DNA of 63,100 bases, taken from positions 1 through 63,100 of the forward strand of contig JAXHVD010000025.1 in the NCBI GenBank assembly GCA_034189385.1. The letters run 5' to 3'. The notes beneath the pieces are model-generated. The model did not search any database and was not told the origin of the DNA. It was given only the letters and a program-made list of their open reading frames with translations. Position numbers and translations under genes: made by a program. Positions within the stretch are counted from its first letter, which is position 1, and each line of letters begins with the position of its first letter. Source of the stretch: Thermodesulfobacteriota bacterium. Lineage in GTDB: Bacteria > Desulfobacterota > Desulfobacteria > Desulfobacterales > C00003060. This document shows, piece by piece, positions 9,437 to 20,855 of this stretch.

Positions 9437-10651
9437 TCAACGTTTGGCATCGAGGGTTAGAAGATGCCCCATCTTTGATTTCTTGCAGCTCAGGTAGCGG
9501 CGGTTATATTGATTCGGTTTCATTTCAATCGGCACCTGTTCTTCCACCGTAATACCGTAGCCTTCAAGCCCAACGATCTTCTTGGGGTTGTTCGTTATCA
9601 AGCGCATCTTGCGTACCCCCAGATGCACCAAAATTTGTGCGCCAATGCCGTAATTTCTCAAGTCCGGCTTGAAGCCAAGCAATTCATTGGCCTCCACCGT
9701 GTCGTGTCCCTGATCTTGCAGGGCATAGGCCTTCATCTTGTTGAGAAGCCCAATGCCCCTTCCTTCCTGACGGATGTAGAGAACGACCCCAGTGCCCTCT
9801 TGTTCAATCAGCTTCATGGCCAGATGGAGTTGTTCTCCACAATCGCAGCGCATGGAACCAAAGACATCTCCTGTGAGACATTCTGAGTGAACGCGCACCA
9901 GCAAGGGTTTGGCGGAATCGATTTCCCCTTTTATCAGCGCAATATGGAGCAGGTCGTCCACGTCGTTTTCGTAAACCGTTGTCTTGAACTCCCCGGCGAA
10001 AGAAGTGGGAATGACGGTGGTGGCCACGGGATGGACAAAGGACTCCGTCCGGAGTCGATATTCGATCAGATCTGCAATGGTGCAAATCCCGATGTTGTGT
10101 TCTTCTGAAAACTTTTCCAGCTCAGGCCTTCGTGCCATGGTCCCGTCTTCATTCATGACCTCGCATATCATTCCTGCCGGCCGCAACCCTGCAAGCCTGG
10201 CCAGGTCCACGGAGCCTTCTGTCTGCCCACTTCGTACAATGACCCCGCCCTTTCTGGCCCGAAGCGGGAAGATGTGTCCCGGACGCACAAGGTCGTATGG
10301 TTTGGCCTCGTCGTCCACGGCGGTCAAGATGGTGGTGGCCCGGTCTGCAGCAGAAATGCCTGTGGTCACTCCGCATCGAGCCTCTACAGAAACGGTAAAG
10401 GCCGTCTCGAAACGAGACGTGTTTTCCGTTACCATAGGAGACAATTCCAGGGCATCGGCCTTTTCCGGGGTCAATGACAGACAGATAAGGCCTCTGCCGT
10501 ATTTGGCCATGAAATTTACGGCCTCTGGGGTGACCTTTTCTGCCGCCATGGTCAGGTCGCCCTCATTTTCACGGTCCTCGTCATCGACGAGAATGACCAT
10601 CTTTCCTTGCCTGATGTGCTCAATAGCTTCTTCTACAGATATTTTTCCCAT
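9437..10651 (-). CDS. ribBA: Bifunctional DHBP synthase / GTP cyclohydrolase II
   Basis: [33 protein letters not shown] and QEGRGIGL motifs. Confidence 0.97.
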   Translation of the reverse strand: MGKISVEEAIEHIRQGKMVILVDDEDRENEGDLTMAAEKVTPEAVNFMAKYGRGLICLSLTPEKADALELSPMVTENTSRFETAFTVSVEARCGVTTGISAADRATTILTAVDDEAKPYDLVRPGHIFPLRARKGGVIVRSGQTEGSVDLARLAGLRPAGMICEVMNEDGTMARRPELEKFSEEHNIGICTIADLIEYRLRTESFVHPVATTVIPTSFAGEFKTTVYENDVDDLLHIALIKGEIDSAKPLLVRVHSECLTGDVFGSMRCDCGEQLHLAMKLIEQEGTGVVLYIRQEGRGIGLLNKMKAYALQDQGHDTVEANELLGFKPDLRNYGIGAQILVHLGVRKMRLITNNPKKIVGLEGYGITVEEQVPIEMKPNQYNRRYLSCKKSKMGHLLTLDAKR

Positions 10652-10672
10652 TTGATCTTCCTCACATTGGCT

Positions 10673-11344
10673 CTATTCAAACATGAATCCTGTTTTCTTG
10701 AGCAAGGTCTCATCCACTGATGCGCCCGGCTCTTTGCTCTTTGCAGGCGCTGTAACAACATGCTGCGTGAACCGCTCTACATATTTTCCCACCATATCGG
10801 TTTCTATATTCACCAAGTCGCCCGCCCGCCTGAGGCCCATGGTAGTGATGCTGGCTGTATGGGGAATGATGCTGACCTCAAAGCCCCTTTGGTCGCAAGT
10901 ATTGACCGTCAGGCTGATGCCGTCAATGGCAACGGAGCCCTTTTCAACGATGTAGCGGCTTAGTGCTTCTGGCACGGTAAAGGCAAAGAGGATGGCGTTT
11001 GCCAATGGTTGTCTCGTCTTGACTCTGCCTATGCCATCAATGTGTCCAGTGACCAGATGGCCGCTAAGGCGATCGCCCAGACACAGGGCCCGTTCCAGGT
11101 TTACCCTGTGGCCAACCTTGATGTGGCCCAAGGTCGTCCTGGAGAGGGTCTCTGGGGCCACATCGACAGTGAAGGCCTTTTCATCGACCTTTACAGCAGT
11201 AAGGCAGGCGCCATTGACGGCAATGCTGTCACCGACACGGATCCCTTCCAAGGGGAAGTCCCCCTGGATATGCATGCGCATGCCCCCGCCTGTGCCGATG
11301 GCTGACTTGACTGTGCCGAGCCCCTCTATGATCCCTGTAAACAT
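10673..11344 (-). CDS. ribE: Riboflavin synthase
   Basis: MFTGIIE N-terminus, GDSIAVNGACLT, VNLERAL and KGSVAIDGISLTVN motifs. Confidence 0.97.
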   Translation of the reverse strand: MFTGIIEGLGTVKSAIGTGGGMRMHIQGDFPLEGIRVGDSIAVNGACLTAVKVDEKAFTVDVAPETLSRTTLGHIKVGHRVNLERALCLGDRLSGHLVTGHIDGIGRVKTRQPLANAILFAFTVPEALSRYIVEKGSVAIDGISLTVNTCDQRGFEVSIIPHTASITTMGLRRAGDLVNIETDMVGKYVERFTQHVVTAPAKSKEPGASVDETLLKKTGFMFE

Positions 11345-11381
11345 AAACCAGATCCTTGTTTCAACGAAGCGGGGTTTGAGT

Positions 11382-11599
11382 TACTAATGAGATCATTGAC
11401 GTTTAGATATAAGGTCACCGCCCGCTGCGCTAGAGACGCAGAGGGCGCAAAGCTGATTAGCTCATTAGCTCACTAGCTTAATAGCCTGTTACCGGTGGAA
11501 AACATAAAGAAAAATAGACTCTGCGCTCTTGGCGCCTTTGCGGTGCATATTTGCTTCTACAACTAAGAGACTGTCTAAATACTTTTTGCCGTATGAGTA
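11382..11599 (-). mobile_element. TA-flanked MITE-like repeat family A, copy between ribD and ribE
   Basis: Starts TACTAATGAGATCATTGAC; near-identical to 37491-37710. Confidence 0.75.
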
Positions 11600-11605
11600 A
11601 CTCAT

Positions 11606-12694
11606 TCAGAAATAGCCTTGGATCATCACATCGTCTCCAAACCGACGCACGGAGATATCTTTCAATGTCATGCTCTTTTCCATGAAGGCTGGCCCCGGTC
11701 CAGTGCAAATAGGGACACCGTCATGGCCACCACAGATTTTGGGCGCGAAAAACATACAGCATTTGTCTACAATTCCGGCCCTCATGGCCGCCCCGTTGAC
11801 GTGGCTTCCGCCCTCGATGAGGAGACTGGTAATGCCCATCTCCCCCAGCGCTTTCATCAGGGCCTTAAGATCGATCTGACCTTCATGACAGTCCACAGCC
11901 AGGAGCCTGACGCCAGGCCTTTCAAAGAGGCTCTTTTTTTGTGGCAGAATAGAGGGGCTGGTTACAAGAACGCTATCAGAGTCTGAAGAAAGATGCAACA
12001 GCTTGGCCTCTGGCGGAATGGAAAGTCGGCTGTCGAGCACGATTCTGATGGGGTCTGACCCTTTCCGGCCTTCCAGGCGGGTTGTCAGTTGAGGGTTGTC
12101 TTTGACGACGGTGCCTATGCCCACCATGATGGCGTCCACGGCATGACGGAGCCCATGGACAAATTGTCGTGATAGCTGGTTCGTGATCCACTTAGAATCG
12201 CCTGTGCGGGTAGCAATGCAACCGTCAAGGGTAGAGGCACATTTCAAGATCACAAAGGGGAGCCCCGTGGTGACGTATTTGATGAAGATCTCATTGAGGC
12301 GTCGACAGTCGTCTTCGCAGGTCCCCACAGACACATCGAGCCCTTTGCTGCTCAGAAAATCGAGCCCTTTACCGGGGACCTGGGGGTTGGGATCTCTCAT
12401 GCCAGCCACCACCCGCTGAATGCCACTATCCAGTATGGCCTCTGTGCACGGCGGCGTGCGTCCTGTGTGGTTGCAAGGCTCCAAGGTGACATAGAGCGTG
12501 GCCCCCCTGGCCTTTTCGCCCGCTTCTTTGAGGGCATAGATTTCAGCGTGGGGTCCTCCGGCTGCCCGATGAAATCCCCTGCCCACTACTCGGCCCTGTT
12601 TTACCACAACGGCACCCACCATGGGGTTGGGCGATGTCCAACCACGCCCCCCTTCGGCCAAGGAAAGGGCCATCCTCATATAAGCTTCGTCCAT
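11606..12694 (-). CDS. ribD: Riboflavin biosynthesis deaminase/reductase RibD
   Basis: TSPNPMVGAV, PHAE, VTLEPCNHTGRTPPC and LLIEGG motifs. Confidence 0.97.
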   Translation of the reverse strand: MDEAYMRMALSLAEGGRGWTSPNPMVGAVVVKQGRVVGRGFHRAAGGPHAEIYALKEAGEKARGATLYVTLEPCNHTGRTPPCTEAILDSGIQRVVAGMRDPNPQVPGKGLDFLSSKGLDVSVGTCEDDCRRLNEIFIKYVTTGLPFVILKCASTLDGCIATRTGDSKWITNQLSRQFVHGLRHAVDAIMVGIGTVVKDNPQLTTRLEGRKGSDPIRIVLDSRLSIPPEAKLLHLSSDSDSVLVTSPSILPQKKSLFERPGVRLLAVDCHEGQIDLKALMKALGEMGITSLLIEGGSHVNGAAMRAGIVDKCCMFFAPKICGGHDGVPICTGPGPAFMEKSMTLKDISVRRFGDDVMIQGYF

Positions 12695-12762
12695 GCTTGT
12701 CGAAAACCCTCTAGATGATGAGGCCTGTGCAAAGAGACCTCTTTAAGGGCCCATTGTGGGTC

Positions 12763-13239
12763 TCATGACCTTTCAGGGGTCGTGCTGCGGGTTTCAAAGA
12801 GCTCTTTCAGCTGGGACATGAAATCGTTGATGTCCTTGAATTCTCGATACACAGAGGCGAACCGCACATAGGCCACATCGTCCAATGCGTGGAGCTTGGT
12901 CATGATCCATTCACCCACGACGGAGGCGGGAATCTCGTTTTCACCCATCTCCTGAAGCTCCCTCTCCAGTTCATCTACAAACTGCTCTAGGGTGTTGATG
13001 CTGATGTTGCGCTTTTCACAGGCCTTTTTCAGGCCAGCCAGGACCTTGGCGCGGTCAAAGGTTTCCCGCCTGCCGTCCTTTTTGACAAGGACCAGGGGCA
13101 ACTGCTCCACCCTTTCATAGGTCGTGAATCGCCGGTGGCAGCCCAGACATTCGCGGCGCCGCCTCACCGTGTTACCCTCCTTGGTCATCCTCGAATCAAC
13201 AACCTTGTTGTCCAACTCGCTGCAATAGGGGCATTTCAT
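12763..13239 (-). CDS. nrdR: Transcriptional repressor NrdR
   Basis: MKCPYC...RRRREC..C..RFTTYE zinc ribbon, ATP cone, [13 protein letters not shown]. Confidence 0.97.
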   Translation of the reverse strand: MKCPYCSELDNKVVDSRMTKEGNTVRRRRECLGCHRRFTTYERVEQLPLVLVKKDGRRETFDRAKVLAGLKKACEKRNISINTLEQFVDELERELQEMGENEIPASVVGEWIMTKLHALDDVAYVRFASVYREFKDINDFMSQLKELFETRSTTPERS

Positions 13240-13385
13240 TTTGTCGCCTCACTTGTCTTTGTGGTTTCCGAAGAAGTCATGTTGCGCACCATGAACGTTC
13301 GAAAGAATGATACGAAGGTCTCAAAGAGATGGTTTCTCAGAGGACGTTTCACGAGTTCATCAAAAGAAACTTGGGGAAAGGGCTC

Positions 13386-13865
13386 CTAGTCAGAATGGGT
13401 TTTGGTCACCTTGACGCCGGCAGCCTTTAGCATCTCTTCTGCCATGGGATCTGCGTAACCTTCCTTGTACTTTATTTCATGAATACCGGCATTAATCAAC
13501 ATCTTGGAACAGATAGCGCACGGGAGGTTCGTACAATAGAGGGTGCCGCCGGCGATACAAACACCATGGTAGGCAGCTTGAATAATGACATTTTGTTCGG
13601 CGTGAAGCCCGCGGCACAACTCATGACGTTCACCAGAAGGGATGTGAAGCTCCTCGCGCAGGCAGCCTATGTCAAGGCAATGAGGCAGTCCTGTCGGTGC
13701 CCCGTTGTAACCGGTTGCCAATATCCGTTTATCCCTGACCACGATAGCCCCTACCTGCCGACGGAGACAGGTAGATCTCCGTGCCACCAGGCAGGCAATG
13801 TCCATGAAATAGTCTTCCCACGACGGACGGCTCATCTGGGTGATCTCATCCTTTCTCTTCCCCAT
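13386..13865 (-). CDS. dCMP deaminase (ComEB-like)
   Basis: [32 protein letters not shown] and PCAIC motifs. Confidence 0.93.
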   Translation of the reverse strand: MGKRKDEITQMSRPSWEDYFMDIACLVARRSTCLRRQVGAIVVRDKRILATGYNGAPTGLPHCLDIGCLREELHIPSGERHELCRGLHAEQNVIIQAAYHGVCIAGGTLYCTNLPCAICSKMLINAGIHEIKYKEGYADPMAEEMLKAAGVKVTKTHSD

Positions 13866-15123
13866 AGAGCGGGAATCTGGTGCACAGATCTCTCACCGAT
13901 TCCCGGCAGCGGTCCAGGGCGCCTTCGTCTTGGGGATGGTTCAAGACCTCCACAATCATGGCGGCAATCACGGCCATCTCTTGCTCTTTCATGCCTCGGG
14001 TAGTGACAGCAGGCGTGCCGATGCGGATGCCGCTGGTGACGAAGGGACTGCGCGTCTCAAAAGGGATGGTGTTCTTGTTGACTGTTATACCTGCCTTTTC
14101 CAAGGCTTCTTCAGCGTCCCTTCCTGTCATGCCGGATTCCCTAAGATCCACTATCATGAGATGGTTATCTGTCCCGCCAGAGACCAGATGGAGACCTGCC
14201 TTGATCAACTCTTGGGCCAGGGCCTTGGCATTTGCCACTGTCTGACGCTGGTAGCTCTTAAAGGCTTCTGACATGGCCAGCTTAAAGGCCACTGCCTTGG
14301 CCCCTATCACGTGCATGAGGGGCCCCCCCTGGATACCGGGAAATATCTGGCTGTCCAGCTTTTTCCCGTAGTCCTTTTGTGCCAAGATAAGCCCCCCACG
14401 GGGCCCCCGCAGGGTCTTGTGCGTCGTAGACGTGACCACATCTGCATGGGCAATGGGAGACGGGTGCACGCCTGCTGCTATCAGACCGGCTATGTGGGCC
14501 ATGTCGGCCATAAGGTAGGCGTCGATGGAGTGAGCTATGCGCCCAAAGGCCTCGAAATCGACAACCCTTGGATAGGCGCTTGCCCCAGCCACCACCATCT
14601 TCGGGCGGTGTTTCTGGGCAAGCCTTTCTACCTCTTCATAATCGATGGTCCCGGTCTTCTCATTGACCCCATAAGAGACGAATTTGAAAAGCCGGCCAGA
14701 AAAATTGGCAGGGCTTCCGTGGGAAAGGTGGCCCCCATGGGCAAGGTCCATCCCCAGGACCTTGTCTCCGGGCTTTAACAAGGCAAAGTAGACTGCCATG
14801 TTTGCCTGGGTCCCCGAATGGGGCTGCACATTGGCATAGGGGGCGTGGAAGAGCTTTTTCGCCCGTTCGATGGCGAGGTCCTCTGCCATGTCAACATATT
14901 GACAGCCACCGTAAAAACGGCGGTTTGGATAGCCTTCCGCGTACTTGTTGGTGAGGACACTTCCCTGGATGGCCATGACAAGAGGACTGGTGATATTTTC
15001 AGAGGCGATGAGTTCCAGTTCAAAGGTCTGTCTGTCGAGTTCCAACTCGACGGCGTGGGCAATTTCAGGATCGACTTTCTTGATGATGTCCCAAGAAGGG
15101 TGGAGGGTGTCTTTTCTAGTCAC
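13846..15123 (-). CDS. glyA: Serine hydroxymethyltransferase (likely GTG start at 15123, overlapping the rpiB stop)
   Basis: [35 protein letters not shown] and SGIRIGTPA motifs. Confidence 0.97.
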   Translation of the reverse strand: MTRKDTLHPSWDIIKKVDPEIAHAVELELDRQTFELELIASENITSPLVMAIQGSVLTNKYAEGYPNRRFYGGCQYVDMAEDLAIERAKKLFHAPYANVQPHSGTQANMAVYFALLKPGDKVLGMDLAHGGHLSHGSPANFSGRLFKFVSYGVNEKTGTIDYEEVERLAQKHRPKMVVAGASAYPRVVDFEAFGRIAHSIDAYLMADMAHIAGLIAAGVHPSPIAHADVVTSTTHKTLRGPRGGLILAQKDYGKKLDSQIFPGIQGGPLMHVIGAKAVAFKLAMSEAFKSYQRQTVANAKALAQELIKAGLHLVSGGTDNHLMIVDLRESGMTGRDAEEALEKAGITVNKNTIPFETRSPFVTSGIRIGTPAVTTRGMKEQEMAVIAAMIVEVLNHPQDEGALDRCRESVRDLCTRFPLYGEEKG

Positions 15124-15547
15124 TGTCCATCTTCTCCAGACGGCGCTGGTGTCGTCCTCCATCAAAGGGCGTTTCAAGCCATGTTTTTACCAGCTGAAGG
15201 GCCAGGGTGTCACCGATCAGTCGGCCGCCCATCACAAGGATATTAGAATCGTTATGCCGTCTGCTCATGATGGCTGAAAAGAGGTCGTTGGCAAGAGCTG
15301 CCCGCACCCCCCGAAAACGGTTGGCCACCATGGACATCCCGAGACCGGTTCCGCAAATGAGGATTCCCCGTTGAAAGGTGCTGTCGGAAACACTACGAGC
15401 CACCTTTTTCCCAAAGTCCGTATAATCTACAGACTCCTCACCGTAGGTGCCCATATCTTCAAAGGCTACACCCAGATCCTCAAGAAAGGTCTTCACCTTC
15501 TCCTTCATGTGATACCCGGCATGATCAGAGCCGAGAACAACCTTCAT
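15116..15547 (-). CDS. rpiB: Ribose-5-phosphate isomerase B (start [11 protein letters not shown])
   Basis: [26 protein letters not shown] and FDGGRHQRR motifs. Confidence 0.96.
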   Translation of the reverse strand: MKVVLGSDHAGYHMKEKVKTFLEDLGVAFEDMGTYGEESVDYTDFGKKVARSVSDSTFQRGILICGTGLGMSMVANRFRGVRAALANDLFSAIMSRRHNDSNILVMGGRLIGDTLALQLVKTWLETPFDGGRHQRRLEKMDSD

Positions 15548-15799
15548 GATTCCACCCCTTGCGCGCCCAATGCTGATGTGCCTGGCCTCAACACCGTGGC
15601 TCTTGTTTTTGGGCAATAGATTGACAACCAGAAGTACGTACCGACAGAAGCTTCTCTTGACGGCCCCCCCATCTAACTGCCTATCTGTTCGCGCGACGGC
15701 CTGTCAAGAGAAAATCACTTCTGCGATTGAGCGGTAAAAACGGGTTGGTTTGCGGGGGGCCATTCTTGCCTCCCACGCTGGACAGGGCCCATGCCCCTG

Positions 15800-16030
15800 T
15801 TAGGAATGGGCTTTTGCATAATTTATGGCGTCTTGAACCGTTTGCAGCTTTTCTGCCTCCTCATCAGGTACTTCTATATCAAAGGCCTCTTCCATGGCCA
15901 TGATCAATTCTACCAGGTCAAGCGAGTCAGCACCCAGGTCATCCACAAAAGATGCCTCTGGGACTACCTCTTCCACTTCCACGCTCAGCTTCTCGGCAAC
16001 CATTTGTTTTACCTTTTCTTCAACAGCCAC
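15800..16030 (-). CDS. acpP: Acyl carrier protein
   Basis: [20 protein letters not shown] phosphopantetheine motif. Confidence 0.97.
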   Translation of the reverse strand: MAVEEKVKQMVAEKLSVEVEEVVPEASFVDDLGADSLDLVELIMAMEEAFDIEVPDEEAEKLQTVQDAINYAKAHS

Positions 16031-16069
16031 TTCCTATCACCTCCTTGTCCTCATCTAAGCCCTGCTCCA

Positions 16070-16825
16070 TCACATATACATGCCTCCATTGACATGAATA
16101 ACCTGTCCGGTAATGTAGGCAGCCTTCTCCGAAGCCAGAAAGGCTACCGCCTCTGCAATCTCTTCGGGTTGGCCCATGCGCCCCAATGGCACTTGTGCAA
16201 GCATGGCTTCTTTGGCTTTTTCGGGTAAGCCCACGGTCATGGCCGTGTCAATGAAACCTGGAGCTACAGCATTGACCGTAATCCCCCTAGGGGCCAGCTC
16301 TCTTGCTGCTGACTTGGTCAATGCGATGAGGCCTCCCTTTGAAGCCGTGTAATTGGCTTGGCCGGCGTTTCCCATGACACCTACCACCGACGAGATATTC
16401 ACGATATGGCCAGACCGCTGCTTCATCATGACCTTGGCAACGGCCTGCATGCAGTTAAAGGCCCCCTTAAGATTGACGGCCAGCACCCGATCCCAGTCTG
16501 CTTCCTTCATACGCACCAACAGACCGTCGGCCGTGATGCCGGCATTGTTGACCAAGACGTCTACTCCGCCCCATTTTTCGACAATCTGGCTGAAGAACTG
16601 CCGGACCTCTTCGGCCGAGGCCACATTCACGCGGGCGCTGTGGGCGACGGCCCCCGACTTTTCAATGAGCCCTGTGGCCTCATCGGCATCTGTGGTGTCC
16701 TTACCAGAATAGTTAAAACATATCTTGGTCTCCGGGCCAGCCATGCGCAAGGCAATGGCGCGTCCAATGCCCCTTGATCCACCGGTAATAACCACTACCT
16801 GTGTTGCCACTTTTTCGCTCATCAT
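16070..16825 (-). CDS. fabG: 3-oxoacyl-ACP reductase
   Basis: TGGSRGIG, NNAGIT, GNAGQANYTASK and VNGGMYM motifs; adjacent to acpP. Confidence 0.95.
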   Translation of the reverse strand: MMSEKVATQVVVITGGSRGIGRAIALRMAGPETKICFNYSGKDTTDADEATGLIEKSGAVAHSARVNVASAEEVRQFFSQIVEKWGGVDVLVNNAGITADGLLVRMKEADWDRVLAVNLKGAFNCMQAVAKVMMKQRSGHIVNISSVVGVMGNAGQANYTASKGGLIALTKSAARELAPRGITVNAVAPGFIDTAMTVGLPEKAKEAMLAQVPLGRMGQPEEIAEAVAFLASEKAAYITGQVIHVNGGMYM

Positions 16826-16862
16826 GGTCGTTCAAAGCAGTTGTGAAGAGGTCTCAAGGCCC

Positions 16863-17084
16863 GAGACCTTTGCAGAACCCCTTCTCACTTGATTCTGTGA
16901 TCTATTTGACCCTTTTTCGGCCTTGTTCGCCAAATCGCGACACGAAGTGAAGCTTGCGCTCAAACTCGGCCTAACGGCCTCAAACAGTTCACGATTTACC
17001 CACTAGCGTGGGCCGCTCACAGCAGCCGAATGGGTGCCCCAAATAGCTCACAACGACCGTTCGAAAGAGTTATGCAAAGCTCTC
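16863..17084 (+). repeat. Palindromic intergenic repeat family B, long copy
   Basis: GAGACCTTTGCAGAAC...TATGCAAAGCTCTC terminal inverted repeat; homologous to 19365-19568. Confidence 0.75.
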
Positions 17085-17110
17085 GTCCCCTTGCCCATGA
17101 AGGGCCGCTG

Positions 17111-18784
17111 CTATGTCCTGTCAAAGAGAATGTCAGCAGCGGCGTCCATATCCCCGATCAGGTTGCTGTAACTTGCAGCCAGCCGGTCTAACTCCATCTT
17201 CTTTGCTACCTCGGACACGGTCTGTTCGTCGAACTGGCCAAGCCCCTTGACGATCTTCATGGCGTTTCTGGCAACGAGCTCGGCAACCTCACTGGCAAAG
17301 ATTCTGGACATGATCACCATCTTGGTTGCTTCCGGTGCCCTTTCCTGGGCCAGACGGCTTGCCTTTCTAGCCATGGCCACGCCCACTTCCACATGGGTCA
17401 TCATGTCTGCCAAGGAAAACATGATGAACTGATTCTTCGTCAGTTTATGGCTGTGGGCAAACATGATCGTCTCGTTTAGGGCCCTTGCTGCCCGCCCATA
17501 GGTTCCCGCGCCGATTTCGGGCTGGGATCCGTCCAGGGCCTCCATCTCTGCTGCCATCTCCCCATAGTACTTTCCCTTGGATTTGACCGTGGTCTTCCAT
17601 CTGAACATGGCGATGATGCTCTGCTGTATCTCGCTAGTACCCTCGTAAATACAGGTGATCTTCACATCCCTTTTGATTTTTTCGACCTCGTATTCAGCGA
17701 TATATCCATATCCGCCAAGGCCTTGGATGGCATCGTCAGCCGCACGATTTGCCGCCTCGCTGCCGAAGTACTTTGCAATAGAACCCTCTACCTGAAGGTC
17801 TTCTTCGCCGGCATCGAGTCTCGTGGCCTGTTCCTCTGCGTAGGCGACGGCGGCTTCGAGACGAACGGCATTTGGAACGACCAGTTTATGGGTATAACCC
17901 TGCTTTTCCGAAAGGGGGGTGCCAAACTGTATGCGCTCTTTAGCGTATCCGAGCATGATTCCAAGGGCGGCCTCTCCTGCTCCAATGCCAAGGGCAGCCA
18001 CCATGAGTCTGGTGTGGCCAAAAACCATGTTGGCCTGTTTTAATCCCCGTCCAGGCTCGGTACCCAAAAGGTTCTCAGCGGGGACAAAGACATCGTTGAA
18101 GGTCAGGGGAGAGGTGTTTGATGCCCGTATGCCGTGCTTCTCCTCGCTCTTTCCCTGATGAAAACCTTCCATGCCCTTTTCTACCACAAAAAAAGTAGGG
18201 CCTTCGGGAGCCCTGGCCAAAACGGTGAGGAAATCAGCGTATCCACCATTGGAAATAAACTGCTTTGTCCCATTGATGATGTAACCCTTGATGCCCCCGT
18301 CGTCGTCTTTTACGGGCTCGGCCTTGGTCTTTAAGGACGCCAAGTTGCTCCCAGCCTCTGCTTCGGTGACGGCATAGGCGACGAGAGAATGGCCCTCGGA
18401 GATTCTGCCGAGCCATTTTTGCTTCTGCTCTTCCGTGCCGTCAAACATGATGGGATCTGCACCAAGCTGAATGGCAAAAAAGGCTGTGGCCACGCCCAGA
18501 CAGATCTTGGCCATCTCCCGAGTCAAGGCGCAGCAATCTCTTGCTCCGCCACCCATGCCACCGTACTGCTCGGGAATGAACAAGAGCTGGAGGCCTATGT
18601 CAGGCCCTAACATCTCCCTGATGATCTCCTCGGGAAAGGTTTCATGCTTGTCAAGTTCAAGGATCTTTTCTTTAGGCAGGAGCCGCTTTCTCACCATTTG
18701 AAGGGTGTCAAGGACCATCTGTCTTGATTCAAGGTCAAGCCCTGCGAGGTGGTGTTGCATTTCCGCCGTGGCATGTAATGGCAT
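17111..18784 (-). CDS. Acyl-CoA dehydrogenase with C-terminal extension
   Basis: AYAVTEAEAGS, INGTKQFISNG, ERIQFG, IQGLGGYGY and CIYEGTSEIQ motifs. Confidence 0.93.
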   Translation of the reverse strand: MPLHATAEMQHHLAGLDLESRQMVLDTLQMVRKRLLPKEKILELDKHETFPEEIIREMLGPDIGLQLLFIPEQYGGMGGGARDCCALTREMAKICLGVATAFFAIQLGADPIMFDGTEEQKQKWLGRISEGHSLVAYAVTEAEAGSNLASLKTKAEPVKDDDGGIKGYIINGTKQFISNGGYADFLTVLARAPEGPTFFVVEKGMEGFHQGKSEEKHGIRASNTSPLTFNDVFVPAENLLGTEPGRGLKQANMVFGHTRLMVAALGIGAGEAALGIMLGYAKERIQFGTPLSEKQGYTHKLVVPNAVRLEAAVAYAEEQATRLDAGEEDLQVEGSIAKYFGSEAANRAADDAIQGLGGYGYIAEYEVEKIKRDVKITCIYEGTSEIQQSIIAMFRWKTTVKSKGKYYGEMAAEMEALDGSQPEIGAGTYGRAARALNETIMFAHSHKLTKNQFIMFSLADMMTHVEVGVAMARKASRLAQERAPEATKMVIMSRIFASEVAELVARNAMKIVKGLGQFDEQTVSEVAKKMELDRLAASYSNLIGDMDAAADILFDRT

Positions 18785-18860
18785 GGAAGCTGAATTCCTC
18801 TCTTAAGCGAATGATTCTAAATAACGGACTGCCCGCTCAGGTGCGCTGGTGGCAGGACCG

Positions 18861-19043
18861 CTATATTTCTTCTGTTTCAATGGCAGTGCGACCCTTATAA
18901 TGCCCGCAGTTGGGACAGACATGGTGTGGAAGCCTGGGTTCGTTGCACTCTGGACAGATTGCTAGGCTGGGGACTTTCACCTTTTGGTGCGTTCGTCGCT
19001 TACGGCCTCTTGACTTGGAAATCTTCCCTTTGGGTAATGCCAT
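18861..19043 (-). CDS. rpmF: 50S ribosomal protein L32
   Basis: MALPKGKISKSR...CPEC..PHHVCPNCGHYKG. Confidence 0.97.
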   Translation of the reverse strand: MALPKGKISKSRGRKRRTHQKVKVPSLAICPECNEPRLPHHVCPNCGHYKGRTAIETEEI

Positions 19044-19364
19044 CAGTCCTCTCCTTTATATGGGTACCTGATAACGGCTGAAATTGACTTCACCTGTTAA
19101 AAAACGCCAGAAAAATGTAGTCATTAAGCATTTTTTAACTTGCTGGTTTTCTTGATAATTTTACTTGGGATGACTACAATGGGGCAAATCAAAACTGTGT
19201 AAATATAGTCAAAAAGGGGTTTTGTCAAGGACTTTCATCCACGGGCCACTGTGAAGAGGCCAATGCAGGGGGCTTGTTCAAAGCATTTCATCGTGTTATG
19301 CTGACCCATAACCTGGCCGAGAGCTGGGCTGAAGAAGTAGGGCGTTGCCGCAAACACAGACAAG

Positions 19365-19568
19365 GAGACCTTTGCAGAACCCTTCTCGCTTGTTCGTATG
19401 AGCTTTTTGACCCATCCTATGGGCTTGCTCACTAAATCCTAAAAACTCTCCGCCTCAGGCGGATCAAACAGTTTAGGATTTACCCACTAACGTGGGCCGT
19501 TCGCTTCGCCCCGGTGGGTACCCCAAAAAGCTCATAGTGGTCGCTCTAAGGAGTGATGCAAAGGTCTC
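19365..19568 (+). repeat. Palindromic intergenic repeat family B, long copy
   Basis: Perfect terminal inverted repeat GAGACCTTTGCA...TGCAAAGGTCTC with nested hairpins. Confidence 0.78.
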
Positions 19569-19589
19569 ACTAGGAAAGGGAGGGCTGTC

Positions 19590-20399
19590 ATGGTACGCAA
19601 GCCGGCTGTAGCGGATATGTTCTATCCTGGCGACAGAAATAGCCTGACGGCGCAGCTAGAATCCTTTCTGAGGCCGGTGCCGGAGCCCAAAAGGGTCCTT
19701 GCTGCCATTTCTCCCCATGCGGGCTATATCTATTCCGGCGCCGTGGCTGGCGCCGTCTTCTCGCAGATTCGTGTCCCCCAGACAGTGGTCATCCTTGGTC
19801 CCAATCATAGGGGAATCGGCGCGGCTGTGGCTATCAATGCCTCCGGTGTCTGGGACACGCCATTGGGATCGGTCTCGATTAACGAGGGGCTTTCCAAGTC
19901 CATTCTCGAGGCCGGGCCTCACTGCAAGATCGACGATGATCCTCGGGCCCATGCCTTAGAACATTCCCTTGAAGTGCAGGTCCCCTTTCTTCAAATGGTG
20001 AGGCCTGACGTGACCATCGTCCCCATTGCCCTGTCCCACGTGCGTTACGAGGGGTGCCAGGAGATTGGCCTGGCCCTGGCAAAAGGGATCAAGGATTACG
20101 CAGACGATGTCCTTGTGGTGGCCAGCACAGACATGACGCACTACGAGTCAGAAAAGGTGGCCAGGGCCAATGACCAGGCGGCCATTGAGAGGATTCTGGA
20201 TTTGGACCCAAAGGGGCTCTACGACACGGTGGCCAAGAAGAAGATCTCCATGTGTGGGGTCATTCCCACAACGATTGCCCTCGTGGCGTGCAAGGCACTG
20301 GAGGCGACCAAGGCTGATTTGGTCCAGTATGCCACATCAGGAGACGTGACAGGCGACTATGCTCAGGTTGTGGGCTACGCTGGATTCATCGTCTATTAA
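19590..20399 (+). CDS. AmmeMemoRadiSam system protein B (MEMO1 family)
   Basis: RKPAVADMFYP, PHAGYIYSG, LGPNH, EHSLEVQVPFLQ, ASTDMTHY, ISMCG and VVGYAG motifs. Confidence 0.93.
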   Translation: MVRKPAVADMFYPGDRNSLTAQLESFLRPVPEPKRVLAAISPHAGYIYSGAVAGAVFSQIRVPQTVVILGPNHRGIGAAVAINASGVWDTPLGSVSINEGLSKSILEAGPHCKIDDDPRAHALEHSLEVQVPFLQMVRPDVTIVPIALSHVRYEGCQEIGLALAKGIKDYADDVLVVASTDMTHYESEKVARANDQAAIERILDLDPKGLYDTVAKKKISMCGVIPTTIALVACKALEATKADLVQYATSGDVTGDYAQVVGYAGFIVY

Positions 20400-20553
20400 T
20401 AAGGTTCAGAAGACACGGCAAGGGGGGCACCCCCTTTGTTCTTCTCCTTGACAGGGTCTCTTGCCTGTACTACTACTGTGGCAACTTGAAGCTTTATATG
20501 TTTTAAGATGTAACCATAGAGCTTGGCCGAGGGCCTTTCGGCTACCCACTTCT

Positions 20554-20627
20554 TGGGGGATCGTCTAGTGGTAGGACAGTGGACTCTGGATCCATTAGCG
20601 GGGGTTCGAATCCTCCTCCCCCAGCCA
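20554..20627 (+). tRNA. tRNA-Gln (anticodon CTG)
   Basis: Acceptor stem TGGGGGA/TCCCCCA, anticodon arm GTGGA-CT-CTG-GA-TCCAT, GGTTCGAATCC T-arm, encoded CCA. Confidence 0.95.
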
Positions 20628-20855
20628 AGCAATACCCCGTGCAGGCTTTTTCCCCTTGCCCTACCTGTGGGACCTTTTGTTGCAGATCCTTGCACAGCCC
20701 CTTGAAACGCCCTTTGTGATGTTTTGAGGGCACCCTGCCCGACGACGCAAACGCTATGCGGGTGTTTTCTTGTTGACATAGATCGTGTTTGATGCATTGC
20801 TTTGTGACCGTGCGTCCCCGTCGTGCCTGTCATGGCACAAGAGGGCTAACTTTTT

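Noticed and set aside
9984..10655. Long antisense ORFs (e.g. 9984-10655, 56134-56949, 49640-50251)
   Set aside because: Shadow frames opposite well-supported genes, with no motifs of their own.
12694..13385. FMN riboswitch upstream of the rib genes
   Set aside because: No RFN consensus (AGGGCGGGGTGAAATTCCC-like) seen; the spacer holds repeat remnants instead.
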